This document shows positions 31,559-38,777 of a stretch of DNA of 64,000 nt, piece after piece; within the stretch, counting starts at the first letter, position 1, and each line of letters begins with the position of its first letter. The position numbers and the translations under genes were made by a program. This DNA is from Geopsychrobacteraceae bacterium. GTDB taxonomy: Bacteria > Desulfobacterota > Desulfuromonadia > Desulfuromonadales > Geopsychrobacteraceae. The notes below the pieces were generated by a model that saw only the letters and a list, made by a program, of their open reading frames with translations, searched no databases and was not told the DNA's origin. Location of the stretch: the NCBI GenBank assembly GCA_963662315.1, contig OY759353.1, positions 1,152,001-1,216,000 on the forward strand, given 5' to 3'.

Positions 31559-32713
31559 ATGAAAATTTCTCCCTGGGTGCAAGGCGTTCAGCCACCACCA
31601 ATTACCGAAGTTAAACGCTGGGTCGCAGACAAAAGCTTTCCACCTGACAAGCCACTTGTCGATTTATGTCAGGCCATACCAAGCTACGCACCACCCAAGG
31701 AGCTTATCCGCTTTTTGCAACAACAACTGGAAGACCCGCTCACCTATAAATACAGCCCGGATGAAGGACTTTATGATGTACGCTCCGAAGTCTGCCGCTG
31801 GTATCAGCGTTTTTACCAGGCAAACCTGGACCCGGGTCACCTCTGTCTGACAATTGGTGCCAGCCAGGCCTTCTGGCTGGCACTAGTTGGGCTTTGTCAA
31901 CCAGGGGATGAGGTCATCATTCAGATTCCAGCTTATTTTGACCATCTGATGGGCCTGAAATCGCTTGGCATCACCCCTGTTTGCACCAACTTTCACCCTG
32001 AAAACCAGGGGCAACCAGATGTTGCAGAGATTGCTGCGCTTATTACTCCGAAAACCAAAGCAATTTTACTGGTAACTCCGAGTAATCCTACAGGAGCGGT
32101 GAGTTCGGCTAAAAAAATTGCTGCTCTTTTTGAACTGGCCAGAACAAATCAGATCACCCTGATCCTTGATGAAACCTATAATGCCTTTGTCGGCACGACA
32201 CCACACGAACTATTTTCACGCCCTGACTGGGAGGAGCATTTCGTTCATATCGCATCTTTCGGAAAAACCTTTGCCCTGACAGGCTTACGCTGTGGAGCCT
32301 TGATCGCCGCAAATAACTTTATTGAAAATGCCCTCAAGTTGCAGGACAGCATGGTTGTCTGCGCTCCAAAACCAGCCCAACTCGCCCTTTACTACGGGTG
32401 TCAACACCTTGATCAATGGGTAAAAGATAATGCCACCATGATGAAGGAGCGTCACGACAGTTTTAAAGAGCAGTTTCTGGCTGCGGACACACCGTTCAAA
32501 CTTGTCGCCAGTGGTTCTTTTTTCGCCTGGATAGAGCACCCTTGGTCATCCCAAACCGGGCGTCAAGCCACCTTCAAAATGGCCCACGAGCAAAACCTCA
32601 TATGCTTGCCGGGAGAAGCCTTTGGACCTGGGCTGGAAAAATACCTCAGGCTGGCTTTTGGCAACATTGAAACGGCACAGATTCCTGACGCAATTGCCCG
32701 TTTTGCACTGTAA
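31559..32713 (+). CDS. Class I/II PLP-dependent aminotransferase
   Basis: PSNPTG, DETY, SFGKTFALTGLRCG. Confidence 0.9.
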   Translation: MKISPWVQGVQPPPITEVKRWVADKSFPPDKPLVDLCQAIPSYAPPKELIRFLQQQLEDPLTYKYSPDEGLYDVRSEVCRWYQRFYQANLDPGHLCLTIGASQAFWLALVGLCQPGDEVIIQIPAYFDHLMGLKSLGITPVCTNFHPENQGQPDVAEIAALITPKTKAILLVTPSNPTGAVSSAKKIAALFELARTNQITLILDETYNAFVGTTPHELFSRPDWEEHFVHIASFGKTFALTGLRCGALIAANNFIENALKLQDSMVVCAPKPAQLALYYGCQHLDQWVKDNATMMKERHDSFKEQFLAADTPFKLVASGSFFAWIEHPWSSQTGRQATFKMAHEQNLICLPGEAFGPGLEKYLRLAFGNIETAQIPDAIARFAL

Positions 32714-32725
32714 CTGCTCAATATC

Positions 32726-32753
32726 GAACTCACGGACAAAATGTCTGTAGTTC
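32726..32753 (+). terminator. Stem-loop after aminotransferase
   Basis: GAACT-C-ACGGACA-AAA-TGTCTGT-AGTTC, G-U pair favours + strand; no U tail. Confidence 0.4.
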
Positions 32754-32900
32754 AAAACTGCAACCAGCATCCGCACAGAAGCGTAACTGATGAATATTGA
32801 CGACCGGAAAGACAACGATACAGCAGTATATGGCCGCGGTCATTATCCATCAGTCCCAATCGGTATGGAAGGACCGCTAACCGTTGCAGTCTCAAGGAGG
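32754..32900 (-). ncRNA. Candidate structured RNA: long rod with central bubble (6S-like shape, identity unproven)
   Basis: Nested stems 32883-32891/32756-32764 and 32839-32855/32785-32801; mismatches on + become G-U pairs on -. Confidence 0.4.
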
Positions 32901-32918
32901 TCGATTTTCTGCCAATCA

Positions 32919-33788
32919 TCAGCAGCAAGAATGAGCTGCCAGCGCCGATCGGATTTCTTCAACACAAGAATACGGCACACGAATACCCCTTATTCCCCGA
33001 CCCATTTGAATTTGCGATCCGGGATCACCATGATAATCTGAGCCCCCGGTAATGATCAGATCATGACTTCTGGCCAGCCTGATCAGCCTGTCGGTATCTT
33101 CCAGACCGGAACCGTTATTGTAAACTTCCAGCCCATCCAGACCCAGCCTTACAAGTTCAGCAACTAGCCATTCAAGCTTCTGTTGATTGCGCGTAATATA
33201 AGGAGGATGAGCCAGAACGGCAATCCCCCCGGCACTATGGATCAATCTGATGGCTTCATCGGCAGGAAAGTAACGTTTGGAAACATTACATGGCACCAGA
33301 TAGCGCTCAAAAGCTTCATCGTTGTTCGCAACATAACCTCGCCCCCGAAGCGCCTGGGCAATATGCGGGCGCCCAATGGTTCCACCGGCCAGCTGGCGAA
33401 CAGCTTCAGGGTCGAGCGGTTCACAATTTTCAGCAATTAACTTTTCATTCACTCGTTCGACAATCTTCAGATTGCGATTCATGCGAAAGGCCTGAAATTC
33501 CTCGAGAGCTCTCACCAAATACGCATCACAACAATCAAACCCGTAGCCAAGCAAATGCATATCGGCATATTCAACCCATTGCGATGACAATTCAACCGCA
33601 GAGATCACCTCAATACCGAACTGCTGGCCAGCAACCTGAGCACGTGCCACACCGGAAACATTATCGTGGTCAGCCAAAGCAATCGCCGCCAGACCATTTT
33701 CAGCAGCAAGCGCAACAACCTCTTCCGGTGTCAGATAGCCGTCTGAGCAGGTTGAATGAACATGAAGATCGACATAAGTAAGTTCCAT
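32919..33788 (-). CDS. PHP-domain protein (YciV/TrpH, RNase AM-like)
   Basis: DLHVHSTCSDG, ADHD, GRPHIA, AHP, TGGSDYHG. Confidence 0.88.
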   Translation of the reverse strand: MELTYVDLHVHSTCSDGYLTPEEVVALAAENGLAAIALADHDNVSGVARAQVAGQQFGIEVISAVELSSQWVEYADMHLLGYGFDCCDAYLVRALEEFQAFRMNRNLKIVERVNEKLIAENCEPLDPEAVRQLAGGTIGRPHIAQALRGRGYVANNDEAFERYLVPCNVSKRYFPADEAIRLIHSAGGIAVLAHPPYITRNQQKLEWLVAELVRLGLDGLEVYNNGSGLEDTDRLIRLARSHDLIITGGSDYHGDPGSQIQMGRGIRGIRVPYSCVEEIRSALAAHSCC

Positions 33789-33948
33789 TAAAACCTTTTC
33801 TTTCTTTTATTTGCAACGACCTGATATATATAAATGAGGGTTCAGAGTCTTGACCAGTAAACTGCCAAAGAGTACACAATTAAATCTAAATACAGTTAAC
33901 AACTCCGAGCCATGTATCATCCTACACTATTTAAAGGATAAACATAAC

Positions 33949-34905
33949 ATGACGGCACGCCTTGTCGTAAATAATCTAAAAAGTTACTTCTTTACCGCCA
34001 CAGGCCTGCTCAAAGCTGTTGACGATATATCTTTCAACATCGATCGCGGTGAGACTCTCGCCCTGGTTGGCGAATCGGGGTGCGGTAAATCGATGACCGC
34101 ACTGTCGCTATTGCGCCTGCTCCCCTCTCCCGGGCGTATTGCTGGTGGCGAAATCCTGCTTGATAACCATAATCTTCTCCAACTGCCAGAGAATGAAATG
34201 CGTCGCATCAGGGGCAATGACATTGCCATGATCTTTCAGGAGCCGATGACCTCTCTTAATCCGGTCTTGCGTATTGGGGACCAGCTCACTGAAGTTTTAG
34301 TATTACATAAAAACCTGTCCCGCACGGACGCCGACCAGGAAGCAATCAGCTTATTGGAACAGGTTGGCATCAGTGATGGGCAACGACGGTTACGCGAGTA
34401 CCCACATCAGCTATCAGGCGGGCAGCGCCAGCGAATCATGATTGCCATGGCATTGGCCTGTGACCCGAAAATTCTGATCGCAGATGAACCGACGACCGCC
34501 CTTGACGTAACCATCCAAGCACAAATAATGGATTTACTGCAAACCTTGAAGCAGCAGCGCCAGATGGCAACCCTTCTTATCAGCCACGATTTAGGTGTCG
34601 TTGCCAGTAACGCGGAAAAAATCGCGATCATGTATGCCGGAAAAATCGTTGAATCCGGATCAGTCAGCGACGTATTTAAGAATCCATTGCACCCCTATAC
34701 ACAAGGATTACTCAGCTGTGTGCCACGGTTGGGAAATAAACAGCCCCTGCCCAACATTCGGGGACAGGTCCCAGATCTTAAAAAAACCGGGGAAGGATGC
34801 CTGTTTTTCGAACGTTGCGACAAAACTTGTAAACAGTGCGCTCACCAAACTCCCCAGTTAACCGAAATTGATCCGGGCCACTGGGTCAGATGCTGGAGAT
34901 ATTAA
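33949..34905 (+). CDS. Oligopeptide/dipeptide ABC ATPase (OppD/DppD-like)
   Basis: GESGCGKS, LSGGQRQR, ADEPTTALD, HPYT, Cys-rich tail. Confidence 0.92.
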   Translation: MTARLVVNNLKSYFFTATGLLKAVDDISFNIDRGETLALVGESGCGKSMTALSLLRLLPSPGRIAGGEILLDNHNLLQLPENEMRRIRGNDIAMIFQEPMTSLNPVLRIGDQLTEVLVLHKNLSRTDADQEAISLLEQVGISDGQRRLREYPHQLSGGQRQRIMIAMALACDPKILIADEPTTALDVTIQAQIMDLLQTLKQQRQMATLLISHDLGVVASNAEKIAIMYAGKIVESGSVSDVFKNPLHPYTQGLLSCVPRLGNKQPLPNIRGQVPDLKKTGEGCLFFERCDKTCKQCAHQTPQLTEIDPGHWVRCWRY

Positions 34906-34909
34906 ATCC

Positions 34910-35887
34910 ATGCCTTTGCTCGAAATTAACAATCTTAAAAAATCTTTTACCATAAAAGATCCAATCGGACGTCGCTCAGCTCAACTGACCGCAGTCAATG
35001 ACATTTCGTTCACACTGAACAAAGGAGAAACACTGGGTCTGGTTGGCGAATCAGGATGCGGCAAATCAACCACAGGTAAGCTGATCATGCAATTACTCAA
35101 AGCTGATCAGGGGCAGGTTTTGTTTAACGGTACCGACCTTACCACTTTATCCGCAAGGCAAATACGCCCCTACCGGCGCCAGTTGCAGATGATATTTCAG
35201 GATCCTTTTTCATCATTGAATCCACGTATGACCGTAAGCAGCATCCTGAGCGAACCGCTAAAGATTCATGCCCTGGTCCCAGCACCACTCATTAGAGATA
35301 GAGTTATTGAACTGCTTGAACAGGTCGGATTGTCAGCGCTCCATGAACAACGCTATCCCCATGAATTTTCCGGCGGACAAAGGCAGCGCATCGGTATCGC
35401 CAGGGCTATGGCGGTAGAACCTGAAATCATCATTGCCGACGAGCCTGTATCGGCTCTCGACCTCTCGGTACAGGCCCAGATCCTGAATCTCATGCAGGAC
35501 ATCAAACTCAAGCATAACCTGAGTTATATCTTTATCGCTCACGATTTGGCCGTTATTGAGCACGTCAGTGATCGTATTGCTGTTATGTATCTGGGGAAAA
35601 TCGTCGAACTATGCGGCGCTGACGAACTGTACAATAAGCCCTGCCATCCCTATACAGAAGCTCTTCTCAACGCGGTCCCGGTCCCCGACCCACAGCAGAG
35701 AAGGCCTCTGGCCTTAAAAGGAGAAATCCCCTCACCTGTCAATCCTCCATCAGGGTGTCATTTCCATCCACGCTGTCCTTACGCTGACACACTGTGCCAA
35801 ACTCAGGAACCTAAGCTTACGTCCATAACCTCAAACCATCAGGTGTCCTGCCATCATTATGAAAAAGTCAGGTCTCGCAGCAGCTGA
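34910..35887 (+). CDS. Oligopeptide/dipeptide ABC ATPase (OppF/DppF-like)
   Basis: GESGCGKS, FSGGQRQR, ADEPVSALD, PPSGCHFHPRC. Confidence 0.92.
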   Translation: MPLLEINNLKKSFTIKDPIGRRSAQLTAVNDISFTLNKGETLGLVGESGCGKSTTGKLIMQLLKADQGQVLFNGTDLTTLSARQIRPYRRQLQMIFQDPFSSLNPRMTVSSILSEPLKIHALVPAPLIRDRVIELLEQVGLSALHEQRYPHEFSGGQRQRIGIARAMAVEPEIIIADEPVSALDLSVQAQILNLMQDIKLKHNLSYIFIAHDLAVIEHVSDRIAVMYLGKIVELCGADELYNKPCHPYTEALLNAVPVPDPQQRRPLALKGEIPSPVNPPSGCHFHPRCPYADTLCQTQEPKLTSITSNHQVSCHHYEKVRSRSS

Positions 35888-35897
35888 CACAACATTC

Positions 35898-35926
35898 TTG
35901 ACACACTGTGCCACTAATGGCACGAT
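35898..35926 (+). promoter_or_regulatory. Putative sigma-70 promoter of the activator, overlapped by GTGCCA-N4-TGGCAC palindrome
   Basis: TTGACA (35898-35903)-17 bp-CACGAT; palindrome 35908-35923. Confidence 0.5.
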
Positions 35927-35959
35927 TCTCCCATGAATTGACAAAACCGGAGGCCATTC

Positions 35960-38263
35960 ATGGGAATCAGCCAGCAAGATAGTCCAATTTCAACCATTCG
36001 GGAAAAATGTCGCATCTGCTATGCCTGCGTGCGCAACTGCCCAACAAAAGCTATTGGCATTTTCAACGATTATGCTGAAATCATTCCCCACCGCTGCATT
36101 GGCTGTGGGAAATGTATTCAGCTTTGCTCCCAAAATGCCAAAGTTCTGGCCGATGCCATCACCGCAACAGAGGACCTGCTAAGCGCAAAAGAGCCAGTCG
36201 TAGCAGTCCTGGGCTGCTCCTTTACCGCATTTTTTCACGAGGTACACCCGGGCCGTATGGTCTCTGCCCTCAAACAGCTCGGCTTTGACGAAGTCCTCGA
36301 AGGAGCCAGCGGGGTTGAACTTATTGCCCCAGAATACCGTAAGGTTATCGAAAATCATGCCGGTGCGCCATTACTGTCAAGCCATTGCCCAACCATAGTC
36401 GACTTGATAGAGCGTCACTATCCCCAACTGCTAAAGAATCTGGTCCCTGTTGTCTCGCCCATGATTGCCATTGGTCGCTATATTAAAGCTCAGCGCAAAG
36501 AGAAGGTCAGGGTCATCTATATCAGTTCATGCATAGGCGGAAAGTTTGAAATTCAGGACGACCCGGTATTAGGAGCCATTGACACAGTACTGACATACAG
36601 TGAACTCAAACTGATGCTGAGCCGGAAAAATATCGATCCGCAGAGACTTAAAATTTCTGCCATGGACGGCAAGCCGTCAAGCAGTGGGCGTAGCTTTTCT
36701 ATTGTCGGAGGCCCCTTTCACAACTTTGGCATCCAAAACAACGGACTTGACCCCAATTATATTTCTACTGTTGGTCAGGATAACAGTCTCGAAATCATTC
36801 GCGATCTAGCCGCCGGGCGTATTTCACCCCGCTATGTTGATGTACGCTTCTGCAAGGGTGGATGCATCTGCGGTCCATCACGCACCAACCGGCTCACATC
36901 CTTTTCCAAAGGGAATCTGATTATTGAATATCAGAAACAGGAAATCGAGTACCAGACTGCGCCACATTACCAGTCAGGCACCTCGCAGGTGCTACTGGGC
37001 CGGACCTTTGACAACAAGTATCAGCCGCTTGATCGCCCCAGTGGCGAAACGATCAAGAAAATTCTGAAGGAAACTGACAAATTTTCCGAAAGTGACGAAC
37101 TCAATTGTGGCAGCTGTGGTTATACCACGTGTCGAGAGCATGCTGTCGCAGTTTACCAGGGACTGGCCGATCATCGCATGTGCCTGCCCTATTCCATACA
37201 CCGACTCAAAACTGATCGCAGTCAACTCGAACAGAAATACGAACTCGCAAAACGTGCACTAAACCAAGAGTATGGCAACAATACCATTATTGGCAACGAT
37301 CAACATACTCGTGGCGTACTCCATATGATCAAACAGGTCGGCCCAACTCCGACCACGGTTCTTATCCGTGGAGAAAGTGGCACTGGCAAGGAAATGACCG
37401 CCAGGTCCATCCATGAGGCAAGTCAACGCGCTGACAAACCGATGGTGACGGTTAACTGCACAACGCTAACCGACAATCTATTGGAAAGTGAACTATTTGG
37501 CCACATCAAAGGATCTTTTACCGGCGCCTTTGCTGACAAGAAAGGGCTCTTCGAAACAGCCGACGGTGGTACCATTTTTCTTGATGAGATTGGAGATATT
37601 ACCCCGAAACTGCAGGCTGAACTGCTACGAGTCCTTGATAACGGTGAAATTAAACCGGTTGGCAGTAACAAAATCATTAAAGTTGATGTACGCGTTATAG
37701 CCGCCACCAACAAACCACTAGAAGAAGGGGTCAGCCGCGGCTGGTTCCGCGAAGATCTCTTTTACCGCCTCAATGTCTTTGCTATTACCCTTGCGCCGTT
37801 ACGCAACAGAATCAGCTCAATCCCCCTGCTGATCGATTATTTTCTCAGCAATATCAGCCTCAAGCTCAACAAACCCATTGAAGGAATTGACGCAGAAGCC
37901 CAAAAAGCACTGGTCCGCTATCAGTGGCCAGGGAACATCAGAGAGTTGCAGAACATTATCGAGCGCGCCATTGTGCTTGCTCAAGACAAAATTATCCGCA
38001 TGGAACAACTCCCGATAGTGATTTCACAACTTGCTGATGACAACCGCTATAGAACAATTCCAATCGCTGAGGACACAGCTCAAAGTACAAAAAAACAACA
38101 CCTTCGCCAGATGGAAAAACTTGAGAAAGAAATGACAACAGAATTCTTACAAGCTGCCGAAGGGAATGTTTCTGCTGCTGCAAAGCTAGCCGGCATTCCA
38201 CGGCGGACATTCTATCGCATGCTTGAGCGCAATGGAGTTAATCCAAATAGTTATAGACGATAG
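35960..38263 (+). CDS. Sigma-54 enhancer-binding protein with 2x[4Fe-4S] ferredoxin, [FeFe]-hydrogenase-like and FeS sensor domains
   Basis: [12 protein letters not shown] and [42 protein letters not shown]...MC; AAA+ [29 protein letters not shown]; Fis HTH. Confidence 0.92.
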   Translation: MGISQQDSPISTIREKCRICYACVRNCPTKAIGIFNDYAEIIPHRCIGCGKCIQLCSQNAKVLADAITATEDLLSAKEPVVAVLGCSFTAFFHEVHPGRMVSALKQLGFDEVLEGASGVELIAPEYRKVIENHAGAPLLSSHCPTIVDLIERHYPQLLKNLVPVVSPMIAIGRYIKAQRKEKVRVIYISSCIGGKFEIQDDPVLGAIDTVLTYSELKLMLSRKNIDPQRLKISAMDGKPSSSGRSFSIVGGPFHNFGIQNNGLDPNYISTVGQDNSLEIIRDLAAGRISPRYVDVRFCKGGCICGPSRTNRLTSFSKGNLIIEYQKQEIEYQTAPHYQSGTSQVLLGRTFDNKYQPLDRPSGETIKKILKETDKFSESDELNCGSCGYTTCREHAVAVYQGLADHRMCLPYSIHRLKTDRSQLEQKYELAKRALNQEYGNNTIIGNDQHTRGVLHMIKQVGPTPTTVLIRGESGTGKEMTARSIHEASQRADKPMVTVNCTTLTDNLLESELFGHIKGSFTGAFADKKGLFETADGGTIFLDEIGDITPKLQAELLRVLDNGEIKPVGSNKIIKVDVRVIAATNKPLEEGVSRGWFREDLFYRLNVFAITLAPLRNRISSIPLLIDYFLSNISLKLNKPIEGIDAEAQKALVRYQWPGNIRELQNIIERAIVLAQDKIIRMEQLPIVISQLADDNRYRTIPIAEDTAQSTKKQHLRQMEKLEKEMTTEFLQAAEGNVSAAAKLAGIPRRTFYRMLERNGVNPNSYRR

Positions 38264-38264
38264 C

Positions 38265-38324
38265 GTGCCAAGTACGGCACACTTGGCACACTATCGATGG
38301 CACACTTGACACAGGTGGCACACT
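38265..38324. repeat. Array of TG(G/A)CAC(ACT) sites, likely activator enhancer
   Basis: Inverted GTGCCA at 38265; direct copies at 38275 (CGGCAC), 38284, 38298, 38307 (TGACAC) and 38316, mostly 9 bp apart. Confidence 0.75.
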
Positions 38325-38434
38325 TTTTTACCTCCACGCAATATTAACCAACCTTTAGTCTAAAAAATATTTTTTATCGCAGTTACAGCCCTTTATACTT
38401 TTTTCTCATTTATAATTTAAAATTTCATTTCTAC

Positions 38435-38450
38435 TGGCACACTCAATGCT
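38435..38450 (+). promoter_or_regulatory. sigma-54 (-24/-12) promoter
   Basis: TGGCACACTCAATGCT: TGGCAC with GG-N10-GC spacing, preceded by about 100 bp AT-rich spacer. Confidence 0.8.
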
Positions 38451-38460
38451 AATACAGAAA

Positions 38461-38557
38461 AACATGTAACAGGGAGTAGCCCGTTCCCGCCCGAACGGAT
38501 CTCAAACATCCCTCTTTCACCGTCAAGGTACCTCTCTCCCCTTGGCGGTGTTTTTTT
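38461..38557 (+). ncRNA. Candidate sigma-54-dependent small RNA (about 97 nt)
   Basis: Starts at the predicted TSS, no ORF (ATGTAA only), internal hairpin CCGTTC/GAACGG, ends in an intrinsic terminator. Confidence 0.6.
38518..38557 (+). terminator. Intrinsic terminator
   Basis: CACCGTCAAGG-tacctctctcc-CCTTGGCGGTG-TTTTTTT. Confidence 0.88.
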
Positions 38558-38777
38558 ATATTCAGCCCACAAAATTCTCAACAAATCGCGCATCATCTGC
38601 TTTTTTCTTTTATCCAGTCGCAAAACCATACCAACTAGGATAATATAGCTTCTTGCAAAAATGTTTTCAGCAAGAGGTAAGCAGTGTGCCACATCCTTTA
38701 TGTGCTGCTCCATTTCAGGCATACGGCAATGACTTTCCTCAGGCTGCTCTTGCTGTATCTGACAAACCTACAAAGAG

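Noticed and set aside
38265..38324. Array copies as multiple sigma-54 promoters or a mini-CRISPR
   Set aside because: No GC at the -12 position for any copy; 9-bp units are too short and lack spacers
38417..38722. 101-aa minus-strand ORF over the sRNA candidate
   Set aside because: No recognisable motif or RBS; it crosses a promoter and terminator on the opposite strand
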